Shown here: in pieces, positions 27,221 to 37,083 of the stretch
How the letters are laid out: each line of letters begins with the position of its first letter
Numbering within the stretch: position 1 is the stretch's first letter
Source: Nitrospirota bacterium
Lineage (GTDB): Bacteria; Nitrospirota; UBA9217
NCBI GenBank assembly: GCA_963740085.1
Contig: CAVUCU010000003.1
Location: forward strand, 96,001-160,000
DNA: 64,000 nt
Reading direction: 5' to 3'
The notes under the pieces: generated by a model
What the model saw: the letters and a program-made list of their open reading frames with translations, nothing else
The model's database searches: none
What the model was told of the DNA's origin: nothing
Made by a program: the position numbers and the translations under genes

Positions 27221-29812
27221 CTATTGATTTTTCTCATTGTTTGCCCCCGGGTTCCCGGAGGCCTGATCCTCATATCTTCCGTCCAAAAAGTTCCTTGCAT
27301 AGCGTTTTACCGACTGGTCGTCCTGAAGCACGGCATCCAGCTGCCGGGTAAAGGAGATCAGTCTGCCAATCTGATCGAGAATACTTTCCGCCTCGCTCCT
27401 GACGATGTTCGCGAGCCGTGCAACGATCAAATCGCCTTTTGTCTTGCTATTGAAACCGTACTCGCCGAGGATCTCAGCGATGAGCTGCAGCCTCCTCGAA
27501 CGCTTGGTTATGTCGGTGGCGCCCCCGGTGAACCGGAAATAGATATGATTGTTGCGAGTGTTCTCGCTGCAAAAACAGTCCAGGATGATGAAATGATAGC
27601 CGAACTTCAGGCTGATGTTCGCGTATTCCCGGGAGATGACGGCCATGTTCGATTCCACGCGGCTGCCGCCGTCGGACATAATGTCAGGCATGCGCAGCAT
27701 GCTCGACATAAAGTCATTGACCTTCAGCGGGACTGCATCGGAGCGCCAGATGCCGGGGCGGGTCATGCCGCTGATCAGCGCCCGAAGCGGCAATGAGGTG
27801 ACCTGCCCGGCTGTGATGTTGCCCGTGTGCACGGAATTATCCAAGCCCCCGCCGATATCGATGACCATGATCCCGGCGGGGATCGTCAGGTCTAATTTTA
27901 CGGCACTGGCCTTCACGCCGAACTGCGCGGTCTCGATCAGCTCGGCAACCGATTTCTCATGGATAAAGCGCAGGATATCATGCATGGTCTTGCATGCCTG
28001 TGGTGTAAACTCATCCCGCAAAGGATCGACAAGGTTCAGTGGAGCGATGTAGCGCAGGAGATACCTTTTTTTGCGGAACTCCGAAAGTTCGTCCATCTTT
28101 GCGGAGTTGTTTCGCGCGTGCTCCACGACCTGCCTGACCAGCCCCTGGTAAATGGTCGCCCCTTCGTTCTCCACCTGAACGGTGATCTCCTGGCCGTGTG
28201 CAAGCAGCTGCGTTGCGTTGCCCGCATTCACGACCGCAGGTATCCTGAACTCCCTGCACAGGGCCGCCATATGGCTCGTCGGCGCTCCCGTGTCGGTGAT
28301 GATCGCGGATACGTCGGTCATCACGCGGACAAAATGGGAAGAATCGTGACGCGCAACAAGGATGGCGCCCTTTGGAATGGAATCAAGCTCGTTGAGGTTC
28401 TTAAGAACGAACACCCTGCCGGCCGCCACGCCGTTCTGGACGGCGAGGCCGCTGTTCTTCACGAGAACCTGTGCATCAGGCGCGTGTGGTTCTGCGACAT
28501 CCGTGTGATTATCATCGCCTGAGAGCCGGAGCGGCCGGGCCTGGAGGATGAACGCCCGCCCCTGCCTGTCGAATGCCCACTCGATGTCCTGGGGCCTGTG
28601 GAAGTGCTTTTCGATCAGCAGCGCCAGTCGGGCGAGCTCGGCGACCTGTCCGGGATCAAGGCTCGGGCGCATTCTTTTTTCATGCGGCGTTTCCATGGTC
28701 GTCACGCCACCCTGCTCACTTCCGATGACCATCGAATCCTTCGTGCCGATCCTCGTCTCGATGATCTCCCGCTCGCCGCTCTTGTTCACCAGATAAAGAT
28801 CGGCATCGGTCTGGCCTTCCACGACGGAGGTGCCGAGTCCCCACGTGGCATTGATGATGAGCATGTCCCGGTTTCTCTGCTGATCGATCGAATACAGCAC
28901 CCCGCTTGTCGCGGCTTCCACCATCACCACGCACCCGACGGCCATCTTCATGTCCCTCGGATCATACCCCAGCCTCTTCTGATAGATCGATGACGTTTCG
29001 GAGAAAAGGCTTGCGAGCACTATCCGGTACGCCTTCTCAACTGCCGCGGTTTCGAGCGGTACGTTCAGAACGGTTTCGAATTGTCCGGCAAACGAAAACT
29101 CCCCGTCCTCCTCCCCCGCGCTGCTCCGCACGGCGAGGGAACACTTTCCCCTGCACCGTGATCGTATCTCGTTGACGGCCTTGTCGATTTCACGGTGAAG
29201 GTCTGGCGGCATCTCTCCTTGCAGAATACGCGCATGCACGTCGTGCAGGGGCACCCCCGGAACCGGGGCAGCGTCCCGCGGAAGCTGTCGCTTTTCAAAG
29301 ATCCGATTATGCCCCATGTAGGCATCGAAGGCCCGGGTCGTCACCGCAAAGGCATCGGGCACGTTCAGCTTCAAGGCGTTCTTGACCTCCGCGAGGTTGG
29401 AGTTCTTTCCGCCGATGTCCCGCACCATATCGCCCGTTACCTGCTCATAGAAGACGACGAGATCCTTTGCCCCGATGACGGTTTCGTCGATGACATGCCT
29501 GATCCCCTCGTCTATTTCCCGGAACTTCTCACGAAGCTGCGGATACCGTTTGTGGGTAAGTACGTCGAAATCGCGGAGGGAGTCTCCCACGGCAACGTGA
29601 AGGTCGGCATAGGATCTTCTGACATACTGAATGTCGAACAGATAGTCCCCGCCAAGGGTATCACCCATGTCCGTAATGATCTCGAGTGCCTTGTTGTTAT
29701 CGTCGAGGACCTGGCGGAATCGGGAGAACAGCAGCTCGAACGACTCCCGATCGCTTCGAACGCCCCGGAGGGTCCGGTACAGTGAATTCAGTTTTCCGGT
29801 GAAGTTTGTCAT
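27221..29812 (-). CDS. PEP-synthase/PPDK-like phosphotransferase (ATP-grasp plus phospho-His domain, atypical termini)
   Basis: GGKNSNL, AVRSSA.EED..SFAGQ, QDIEWA, LQARP and G.PTSHMA motifs; no recognisable pyruvate-binding barrel. Confidence 0.85.
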   Translation of the reverse strand: MTNFTGKLNSLYRTLRGVRSDRESFELLFSRFRQVLDDNNKALEIITDMGDTLGGDYLFDIQYVRRSYADLHVAVGDSLRDFDVLTHKRYPQLREKFREIDEGIRHVIDETVIGAKDLVVFYEQVTGDMVRDIGGKNSNLAEVKNALKLNVPDAFAVTTRAFDAYMGHNRIFEKRQLPRDAAPVPGVPLHDVHARILQGEMPPDLHREIDKAVNEIRSRCRGKCSLAVRSSAGEEDGEFSFAGQFETVLNVPLETAAVEKAYRIVLASLFSETSSIYQKRLGYDPRDMKMAVGCVVMVEAATSGVLYSIDQQRNRDMLIINATWGLGTSVVEGQTDADLYLVNKSGEREIIETRIGTKDSMVIGSEQGGVTTMETPHEKRMRPSLDPGQVAELARLALLIEKHFHRPQDIEWAFDRQGRAFILQARPLRLSGDDNHTDVAEPHAPDAQVLVKNSGLAVQNGVAAGRVFVLKNLNELDSIPKGAILVARHDSSHFVRVMTDVSAIITDTGAPTSHMAALCREFRIPAVVNAGNATQLLAHGQEITVQVENEGATIYQGLVRQVVEHARNNSAKMDELSEFRKKRYLLRYIAPLNLVDPLRDEFTPQACKTMHDILRFIHEKSVAELIETAQFGVKASAVKLDLTIPAGIMVIDIGGGLDNSVHTGNITAGQVTSLPLRALISGMTRPGIWRSDAVPLKVNDFMSSMLRMPDIMSDGGSRVESNMAVISREYANISLKFGYHFIILDCFCSENTRNNHIYFRFTGGATDITKRSRRLQLIAEILGEYGFNSKTKGDLIVARLANIVRSEAESILDQIGRLISFTRQLDAVLQDDQSVKRYARNFLDGRYEDQASGNPGANNEKNQ

Positions 29813-29817
29813 GGCCT

Positions 29818-30192
29818 TTACGGCTGTTTTTCCAGCGCCCGTTTGATAGACGCCTTCAATTCCTTTATCTTGACAGGTTTCGGGAAAAAGTCATGCACGT
29901 CCCTTCGGAGCGCCTCTATGGCCGCATCGAGGTTTGCGAAGGCCGTGATCATGATGACCTGGGTCGCGGGATAGAAGTCTTTCACGGTTTTCAGCACCTC
30001 CATCCCGTCGATTCCCTTCATCTTGTAATCCGTCACGACAACGTCAAATTTTTCTTCCTGCAGCCGCTTCAACGCCGGTTCGGCGTTCAGAAAGGTTTCA
30101 ACAGCATAGCCTTCCTGTTCAAGCGACAGTTTCGCCATGTCGCCTACGATTTTTTCATCGTCAATGACCATGATTCTGTAATTATTACTCAT
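29818..30192 (-). CDS. single-domain response regulator
   Basis: VIDDE, VTDYKM, ITAF and FPKP motifs. Confidence 0.9.
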   Translation of the reverse strand: MSNNYRIMVIDDEKIVGDMAKLSLEQEGYAVETFLNAEPALKRLQEEKFDVVVTDYKMKGIDGMEVLKTVKDFYPATQVIMITAFANLDAAIEALRRDVHDFFPKPVKIKELKASIKRALEKQP

Positions 30193-31597
30193 TGTTCTTC
30201 TCCTCTATTTTATAAGCGGGGAGCTTGATGGTAAAGGTGGTGCCCACGCCGACCTTGCTCTCGACCCTGATCTCGCCCTTATGATTTTTTATGATGCCAT
30301 AACTGACTGACAGGCCCAGGCCCGTCCCCCCTTCTCCCTTGGTGCTGAAAAAAGGATCGAAAATATGGGGGAGAAATTCGGGTGCTATGCCCTTGCCCGT
30401 GTCCGCGACACCTATCTCAATGGAATTTCCGCTCTTTCCCGGCCTCGTGGTAAGCACGAGCCTGCCGCCGGCGGTCATGGACTGAACCGCATTGGTGATC
30501 AGGTTCACCAGGACCTGCTGAATCTGGCTTTCATCCACGAACACCGGGGGCAGACCGTCGGCAAAATGGAGCGAGGTCTCAATGTTCGACACGTCGATCA
30601 TATTCTGCACAAGGGTGAGCGTCTTCTGTATCACCGCGTTGATGTCCGCCTTGTTCGGGTTCGCATCCTTGGGCTTTGAAAAATCAAGCAGGTTCTTCAC
30701 GATCTTCCGTATCCGCTCCGTCTCAGCATCAACCTTAGTCATGAACTCGATCCGGTCACGCTCGCCGAGCTTTGGATACAACTCTGCGTAGGTCTGTGCG
30801 ATCATCGATATATTGTTGAGCGGGTTGGTGATTTCATGGGCCACGCCCGCGGTCAGAATGCCGAGCGAGGCGAGCTTCTTGGACTGGATGATTTCCTCCT
30901 CGCGGTGCGCCAGCTCCTCGGACATCGAGTTCACCGCATTGATGAGCGAGCCAAGCTCGTCTTCATACACTGCTCCCTCAATCTTGTTGAAATTCCCATG
31001 GGAGATCGATTTCGCAAGCTTTTCGATCTCCCGAAGGGAACGCACGATCTTCTGGGAGATGAAATGGCCGATCAGGAGTGCCGAAACGAGTATCGCCCAG
31101 AACAGGAGGATGAGTATCCGCTTCGAACTCAGGATGATGTCGTTCACCCGTTTCCGTTCAAGGTGGGTGATCGAATCGGAAAATTCCTTCAGTTTTTTCC
31201 CTTCGGCCCTGATCCGGACTTCCATCTGCGGATCTCCCGGGGTGCCTCTCGCCGCCAGGTCAACAGTGGCAGAATAGGCCTTCAGACGCGACTCCAGCGT
31301 ATCCAGGTCGGTATTGCCGATCGCCCGGATGATGTCCTCGCGCACTTCTCCGATAGTATCCATGGTTTTCGTGATACTCTCGCGTATCGCCGGGAGCGCC
31401 TTGTTGTCCTTGTAAAGAAAATAGTTTTTCTCCGAAAGCCTCATTTCCAAGAAAGACGCATTGAGGTCATCGGCGATCTCCACGAACCGGAGCTTCGTGA
31501 GAACAAGGCTCATGTTCTGAAAGGCGAAGAAACCGATCAGGATGATGAATGCCCCGTTGATGACATTGGAAACGATGAGTTTGTTTTCTATCTTCAT
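30185..31597 (-). CDS. membrane sensor histidine kinase with HAMP domain
   Basis: Two TMs, AHEITNPL, NLITNA, DTGKG, FDPFFSTK and GTGLGL. Confidence 0.92.
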   Translation of the reverse strand: MKIENKLIVSNVINGAFIILIGFFAFQNMSLVLTKLRFVEIADDLNASFLEMRLSEKNYFLYKDNKALPAIRESITKTMDTIGEVREDIIRAIGNTDLDTLESRLKAYSATVDLAARGTPGDPQMEVRIRAEGKKLKEFSDSITHLERKRVNDIILSSKRILILLFWAILVSALLIGHFISQKIVRSLREIEKLAKSISHGNFNKIEGAVYEDELGSLINAVNSMSEELAHREEEIIQSKKLASLGILTAGVAHEITNPLNNISMIAQTYAELYPKLGERDRIEFMTKVDAETERIRKIVKNLLDFSKPKDANPNKADINAVIQKTLTLVQNMIDVSNIETSLHFADGLPPVFVDESQIQQVLVNLITNAVQSMTAGGRLVLTTRPGKSGNSIEIGVADTGKGIAPEFLPHIFDPFFSTKGEGGTGLGLSVSYGIIKNHKGEIRVESKVGVGTTFTIKLPAYKIEEKNNE

Positions 31598-31615
31598 GAC
31601 AATGATCCGGCCGTA

Positions 31616-32845
31616 TTACATCGGCACGGGACACCGCGGGATCTCCGCCTGCTCCTTTCTGACCGGCAAATACCACAGGAGGCCGTCCACGGCCATGAAC
31701 ACCCCCGCCGCGATAAGCAGTGAATCGAAGACCGTCAGAAAACTGAACCCGAAATAATGCATTAGCCCGAACCCGACCGTGGTAAACGAAACACCGGTAC
31801 GAATAAATGCCAGTCCTGTCCTCGCTCGCGCATAGATCGTCCGGTAGCAGGCGGCCACGGTCCGCTGGGCCGCGAGCACATTACGCTCGCGCGCCAGATG
31901 CGTGCGTTCCCTGCTGGCCGGCGAAGGAAAGAGGATAGTGCAGTGACCGCCGAGACAATCGCCAAGCCGGGCGAGCATGGTCCCCTTCGTCGGTGATGCG
32001 ACCACGCACTGATCGAGATAATGGTAGTTATCAAGGAACTGGAGCGTCGCCGCGGTCACCTCGATAAGCGTCTGGTGCCCGGGCTTTTTTATCCTGGTTC
32101 TCCTTACGTTTAAATACCCTGTCAGACCGAAAACGCCCAGCGAGATGCCGGCCGCGATCATCAACCAGTATACGGGCGTCATCGCGCCGGCAGCATGAGT
32201 TCGCATCAGTACGTCTGACAACGCGATAAGACCCAGCCCCCATCTGAGGATGGCAAGTTCGGTGCGGCCCTTTGCCAGGTCATTGCGGTAGCAGGCCAGC
32301 CGCGTTCTCCAGTGAGCCATGGTGTTTCGCCAGAAGGCGAGGCCGGTCCTCTCCGTCCCGATCAGCAATCCGGGTTTTGCGTGCAGGTAGTCCTGTATGA
32401 ACCACTGGAGGTCCTCTTCAAGCGCCACCCAGAACTCATACTGTTCGGCCTTGATGGCTTTTCTGACCTCGTCATACACACGCTGATCCTGCGGATCATG
32501 CGCTGCGATAATGACGGTTTTCCCGTCATGAATGATCGGGAACCACAGACTGAGGGACAGCCATTCGCCGTCGAGTCCTGTGAGACATTCGGGGGGTATG
32601 GGCATCCTCTCGTCATATTCCACGAAGGGGCACTTGCAGTATTCGGACAAAGCGGCCAGAAGCGTGCTCTTTGGTACGCCGTACTCGCGAATGAGAATCC
32701 CCTCGATGTCGATCCCCCGGGCAACGGCAGCCTGTTCGGCTTGACGCAGCTCATCGTTCGTCAGCACTCCCCAATCCATCAGAATGAGAAACCGCCCGGA
32801 CTGCCGTCCTGATTTCACATCGTTTTGAGTTGTTTTAGAGGTCAT
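31616..32845 (-). CDS. T2SSE_N/MshEN-like domain fused to two DUF202-like membrane units
   Basis: N-terminal G.L...EL..A...LSEY...PFVEYD...WFP...DP.D; two RTxLA heptad runs each followed by a TM hairpin. ATG 32845 lies inside the last codons of the upstream gene. Confidence 0.75.
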   Translation of the reverse strand: MTSKTTQNDVKSGRQSGRFLILMDWGVLTNDELRQAEQAAVARGIDIEGILIREYGVPKSTLLAALSEYCKCPFVEYDERMPIPPECLTGLDGEWLSLSLWFPIIHDGKTVIIAAHDPQDQRVYDEVRKAIKAEQYEFWVALEEDLQWFIQDYLHAKPGLLIGTERTGLAFWRNTMAHWRTRLACYRNDLAKGRTELAILRWGLGLIALSDVLMRTHAAGAMTPVYWLMIAAGISLGVFGLTGYLNVRRTRIKKPGHQTLIEVTAATLQFLDNYHYLDQCVVASPTKGTMLARLGDCLGGHCTILFPSPASRERTHLARERNVLAAQRTVAACYRTIYARARTGLAFIRTGVSFTTVGFGLMHYFGFSFLTVFDSLLIAAGVFMAVDGLLWYLPVRKEQAEIPRCPVPM

Positions 32846-34481
32846 CGTGACTGAATACCGCTTTTTTCCAGGAACTGGACAGCGTCCCGTAATCGGGAAG
32901 CGTGATCTCCATTTCCCCGTAACAATACGGAAATTGTTTCCTTGTTTTTTCAGCGGGGAGATGCCAGTAAAGCCCGTCGGCAATAAACAGCAGTCCTGAT
33001 AGGATCAGCACGACGTCGAATATGGTCCACCAGACATTTCCTGCGCCGAAATAAACCAGCAGTCCCAGGCCCACCGCGGAGATGCTCATTCCCGTTCTGA
33101 TGAACGCCATTCCGGTCCGGGACCGGGCCATGACGGTGCGGAGCCGTGCCATCACGTTCCTCCGCTCCGCAAGGAGGGTCCGTTCCAGGGCAAGACCCGT
33201 CGTGGCCCAGATCCCCGGAGAGCGGAACCCCTTCACCGGGGGAAGAGGCGTGCGAATGGTCTCAAACTTTTCGTGTTTAAACACAGGAGGAAAAACCGCA
33301 TCCCAAATACTCGGTTTATCCTCCGAGCTTTTTACGACTTGCGAACTTTTTGCGCCGGCGTGACGACCGGGCAGGTACCAATAGAATCCCTCTGCCACCA
33401 TGACCATCCCCAGGATGATAAGCACACCGTCAAGTGCAACCCAGAGACCGTCATGATATTGTCTGAACAATGCAATGCCGATCCCGATAAAGGCGATCCC
33501 GGTGCGCGTGAAGGAAAGCCCCGTACGCGCCCGCGCCATGAGCGTACGATAGCATGCAAGGACCGTCCGTTCTTCGGCAAGGTCCGTCCTGTCGCTCGCC
33601 AGAAACCTCCGGCGCATGACCGGAGAGAGTTTGTTCCATCCGCTCCGGAGCTTTTCGGCCTGAGATGCCTCACCGCTGCGGCTGAAAACCGGGTCATCCC
33701 CGGGGTTGGAAACTTGAAGCACGGTCGATCCGCCCGTCGGCTCCGTCGATGAGCAGTCCAGGTGCTTTTTCCCGACAATACGGGCAGGGAGATACCATTT
33801 CACGCCGTCTGCCGTCATGAACACACCCGCGACAAAGAGCAGCACCTCGACGACCATGAGATAGCCCACGCCGAAGATTCGGAAGAGTACCAGGGCGATC
33901 GTGATAAAAGAGAGACCGGTCCGCAGGAAGGCAAGCCCCGTTCTCCCCTTCGCCAACGCCGTCCGAAAATAGGAAAGCATCGAACGACGGTCGGCGAGAA
34001 AGGTCCTCACCTTGGCAAGCGGGGTCCTGCCCGCAGAGGGGGGGAAGCCGGGGTTCAAATCCTGATTGTGCTCTATGATCCTGATAAGGTCTGCGGCAAG
34101 GGCAACCCGGAACTCAATGTTCTTGACCTGAAGCGTATGCCTGATATCGTCGATCACCTTCGGGTCGTCGGGATAAGAGGCGATGACCTCGGCCGAATCC
34201 TGCTGGACCGACAAGGGCAGCCACAGAACGTGTTTCAGCCTCTCCATATCCATACGCCGCACGACCTGCTGAGAGACGATGACACCCTCGTCGTATTCTA
34301 CAAAAGGCGCGTTATAATATTCCGAGAGACAAAGGAGTATCTCGTGTTTGGGAATATCCGCGGCTCTCAACAGCTCTTCGAGCGAAGTCCGTGAGAGTTC
34401 CGCTTCCCGTATGAGCCGGTCCAGCTCCTCACCGGAGAGAACGCCCCTTTTTATTAACCGTTTAAATTTTTTGCGTTCCAT
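32835..34481 (-). CDS. T2SSE_N/MshEN-like domain fused to three DUF202-like membrane units
   Basis: Same N-terminal domain; three RTxLAxx heptad runs (e.g. RTDLAEERTVLA) each ending RTG..F.RTG plus two TMs and WYLP/WHLP. Confidence 0.8.
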   Translation of the reverse strand: MERKKFKRLIKRGVLSGEELDRLIREAELSRTSLEELLRAADIPKHEILLCLSEYYNAPFVEYDEGVIVSQQVVRRMDMERLKHVLWLPLSVQQDSAEVIASYPDDPKVIDDIRHTLQVKNIEFRVALAADLIRIIEHNQDLNPGFPPSAGRTPLAKVRTFLADRRSMLSYFRTALAKGRTGLAFLRTGLSFITIALVLFRIFGVGYLMVVEVLLFVAGVFMTADGVKWYLPARIVGKKHLDCSSTEPTGGSTVLQVSNPGDDPVFSRSGEASQAEKLRSGWNKLSPVMRRRFLASDRTDLAEERTVLACYRTLMARARTGLSFTRTGIAFIGIGIALFRQYHDGLWVALDGVLIILGMVMVAEGFYWYLPGRHAGAKSSQVVKSSEDKPSIWDAVFPPVFKHEKFETIRTPLPPVKGFRSPGIWATTGLALERTLLAERRNVMARLRTVMARSRTGMAFIRTGMSISAVGLGLLVYFGAGNVWWTIFDVVLILSGLLFIADGLYWHLPAEKTRKQFPYCYGEMEITLPDYGTLSSSWKKAVFSHDDL

Positions 34482-34550
34482 AAGGTTATTATACCATTCG
34501 GCGGGGAAACAGCCTAACAGAAATGACTTTTCATGACGGAGTTCAAGGTC

Positions 34551-34583
34551 AAAAAGAGATGGAGGCGTTTTTGCGCCTCCATC
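34551..34583 (-). terminator. intrinsic terminator downstream of tatA
   Basis: GATGGAGGCG-N6-CGCCTCCATC followed by a T-run on the minus strand. Confidence 0.7.
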
Positions 34584-34712
34584 ACAAGTGGGATATATGA
34601 GCCCTGTTTCAACAATAGTGCGACGACTTATACTTCAGTTTTTCCTCGTGATGGACCTTCATCATTCCAGCTGCAATTTCCCTTCCGCCGCTGTTCCAGA
34701 TAATCGTGCCCA

Positions 34713-34895
34713 TCAAGCCTTCATTTTTCCCTTCTGATCCTGCTCGACACCTTCGGTTCTGTCCCGCAAACCCTCTTTAAAACCCCTGATCGCCTTGCCA
34801 AGACCCTCGCCAAGCGCGGGAAGCCTGTTCGGCCCGAAGATCACCAGGGCAATGACCAGAATGACCACCATTTCAGGAAATCCAAGGTCTCCCAT
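34713..34895 (-). CDS. tatA: twin-arginine translocase TatA/TatE subunit
   Basis: GFPEMVVILVIALVIFGPNRLPALGEGLGKAIRGFK, with an AAGGAG RBS. Confidence 0.92.
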   Translation of the reverse strand: MGDLGFPEMVVILVIALVIFGPNRLPALGEGLGKAIRGFKEGLRDRTEGVEQDQKGKMKA

Positions 34896-34954
34896 ATGTT
34901 CTCCTTTACCATACCGAAATGAACAATAGTACGAATATTCCGCTTCAAGCCTTT

Positions 34955-35377
34955 TTATACGCTCACGACGTACACCGGACACGGCGCCAGGTTGATGACC
35001 TTTTCCACAATATGATCGCCGAACAGCCGGCTCAGGATGCCCTTCTTCTTTTTCGATCCCATGATGATGAGGTCGCACTGCTCTTCTTCCGCGACTTCAA
35101 CGATCCTCTGCGGGACATCGCCATGTTCAAGTCTCGTCTTGATCAGCGCCCCTTCGGTCTTCGCCATCTCGTGAATCTCCGAAACGGCCTTTGCACCGCC
35201 GTCGTCCAGCACGTCATTCAGGTTCTTGATCCCGGTCAGATCAAGATCGCCGTCGAACGGACGGAGCACCTTCACGACCGTGATCCAGGTCTTTTCATCC
35301 TTGGCCATTTTGATCCCTTGTTCCAGGACCTCTTTATGTCCATTCAAAGCAATAAGTACTTTTCTGTACCCTTTCAT
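34955..35377 (-). CDS. universal stress protein (single domain)
   Basis: YRKVLIA, DLIIMGS and APCPVYVV motifs. Confidence 0.88.
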   Translation of the reverse strand: MKGYRKVLIALNGHKEVLEQGIKMAKDEKTWITVVKVLRPFDGDLDLTGIKNLNDVLDDGGAKAVSEIHEMAKTEGALIKTRLEHGDVPQRIVEVAEEEQCDLIIMGSKKKKGILSRLFGDHIVEKVINLAPCPVYVVSV

Positions 35378-35382
35378 TTTAC

Positions 35383-36246
35383 TCACCTCACTATCAGTAT
35401 CGGACGGGCGGCATGGGCAATGATCCGTTCCGCAGTACTTCCCATGATCGCCTTGTTCATGCCGCTCCAACCGTGGGTCCCCATGACGATCAGATCGTTC
35501 TTGAACTTGTCGGCGAGTTCAACGATCTTGTCGCTCGCATGGCCTTCCTGAACCACTGCCTTGATCTGTACTCCGAGTCCGGCTGCGATCTTCTTTGCGC
35601 CTTCGAGTATTTTCTCAGCCTCCTGGAAAAGGCTTTTCGTGATGGACTCGGTCTTATAAAAATTCACCATCTCTTCATAGCGGGGGATTACATAGAGGAC
35701 CGTGATCTCTCCACCATCGAGCTTGGACAGTTCGCAGGCACGGTCCAGCGCCTTTTTGCTGGACTCGGAGCCATCAAAGGGGACCAGCAGGGAGCTGTAT
35801 ATCCCGGTGCATCTGGTGCATTCCCTGGTCACCACCAGCACATCGCAGGGTGCGTTCATGATGACCTGTGACGCCACACTGCCCATCAGCAGCCGTTTGA
35901 GCCCCTTCCGTCCGTAGGTGCCGAGGGCGATAAGGTCGGCCTTCTTCCCGTTGGCCATGTCAACGATAACCTCGGGCGGCTCGCCCTCGCAGATCATCGA
36001 CTCAACATTGCCGTTCAGACCGAACTCATCGTGAATGTTATTTTTTGCGGCGAGACAGACGGATGTGCCGAACTCGAACCGTTTCTCCATCTGTGAGGGC
36101 AGAATGGAGAACTCTTCCTGGTCGAAATAGACCGCATGGATAAGGAAGAGCTTCCCCCCGTGCACCTTTACCCATCGGGAGGCCTCTTTCAGCGCGGCCT
36201 TGCTCGATAGCGACTCGTCATAGCCTACAACAATGGAGTTATACAT
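35383..36246 (-). CDS. universal stress protein (tandem domains)
   Basis: Two USP units with GTYGRKG..LMGSVA and GTHG..G...MGSTA. Confidence 0.92.
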   Translation of the reverse strand: MYNSIVVGYDESLSSKAALKEASRWVKVHGGKLFLIHAVYFDQEEFSILPSQMEKRFEFGTSVCLAAKNNIHDEFGLNGNVESMICEGEPPEVIVDMANGKKADLIALGTYGRKGLKRLLMGSVASQVIMNAPCDVLVVTRECTRCTGIYSSLLVPFDGSESSKKALDRACELSKLDGGEITVLYVIPRYEEMVNFYKTESITKSLFQEAEKILEGAKKIAAGLGVQIKAVVQEGHASDKIVELADKFKNDLIVMGTHGWSGMNKAIMGSTAERIIAHAARPILIVR

Positions 36247-37082
36247 CAGTGAGAACCTCCACCTTTCTTGAACACCATGCTTACGCCTACGCCTGCGCCA
36301 AGCGCGACGCCGATGGCAAGAAATCCGTAGATCGCCGGGCTGTTCTTCGCCATGGTTGATAACGTCTTGACCATGCCGACCTGCTCTACGTTGACCTTTG
36401 ACTGGGCCTGTTCTACGACTTTATTGTCCTTCACGGCATAGACCGAGACAAGGTAATCGCCGGGCTGGGCCTGGTAGGGCCAATCGGTGAGGATATAGTA
36501 TTCCTGCTTTCCGTCCGAGTTCATGGTTGTCTCGATTTTTCCGGACGACGTCGTATACACTTTGGACTCTTCCTTGAACTTGACGAACTCATCGAACCAT
36601 TTTGCCTTCTCTTCCTCGTTCGCGACCGGGGTTATATCCACATGTTTTGCAAGCGCGGGATAGCCGATTACATATTTTTCCCTTTCTTCGCGGCTCAGGA
36701 TGTCTTCAACCTTCTTCGTGCTGAAGACCTCGTAGAAGTTGGGGGTCTGATCGAACTTCAGTTTGCCCACGTTCATCCACAACACCCCCGCGACCTTGCC
36801 CTTCTGCTTCAATACCTGATGCCCTTCGGGAGAGGCTATCTTGATGACCAGGTCCACGCCCGGCTCCGATATGCCCCGCACGCTCACCGTGCTGCCATGA
36901 TAGAAGAAGTCGATGGTAATGTGGTCATGGTTTGCCCTGGCCGTAAGCATGGCCGACGCCGGTTTTGCACCGGCAAGCTGGAACAGGGAAAACACGAGCA
37001 TGAGAAGTAACGTGCCCAGGAATCTTGTACTGCCGATGAATCTGGCAAAGTGCATTATGAATGAATGGAGTTGAATATGCAT
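36246..37082 (-). CDS. TIGR02186-like partner protein of the TauE permease
   Basis: Signal peptide, KGKVAG.LWMN, P.FY, PGDY.V and a C-terminal TM; directly follows TauE. Start uncertain. Confidence 0.7.
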   Translation of the reverse strand: MHIQLHSFIMHFARFIGSTRFLGTLLLMLVFSLFQLAGAKPASAMLTARANHDHITIDFFYHGSTVSVRGISEPGVDLVIKIASPEGHQVLKQKGKVAGVLWMNVGKLKFDQTPNFYEVFSTKKVEDILSREEREKYVIGYPALAKHVDITPVANEEEKAKWFDEFVKFKEESKVYTTSSGKIETTMNSDGKQEYYILTDWPYQAQPGDYLVSVYAVKDNKVVEQAQSKVNVEQVGMVKTLSTMAKNSPAIYGFLAIGVALGAGVGVSMVFKKGGGSH

Positions 37083-37083
37083 T

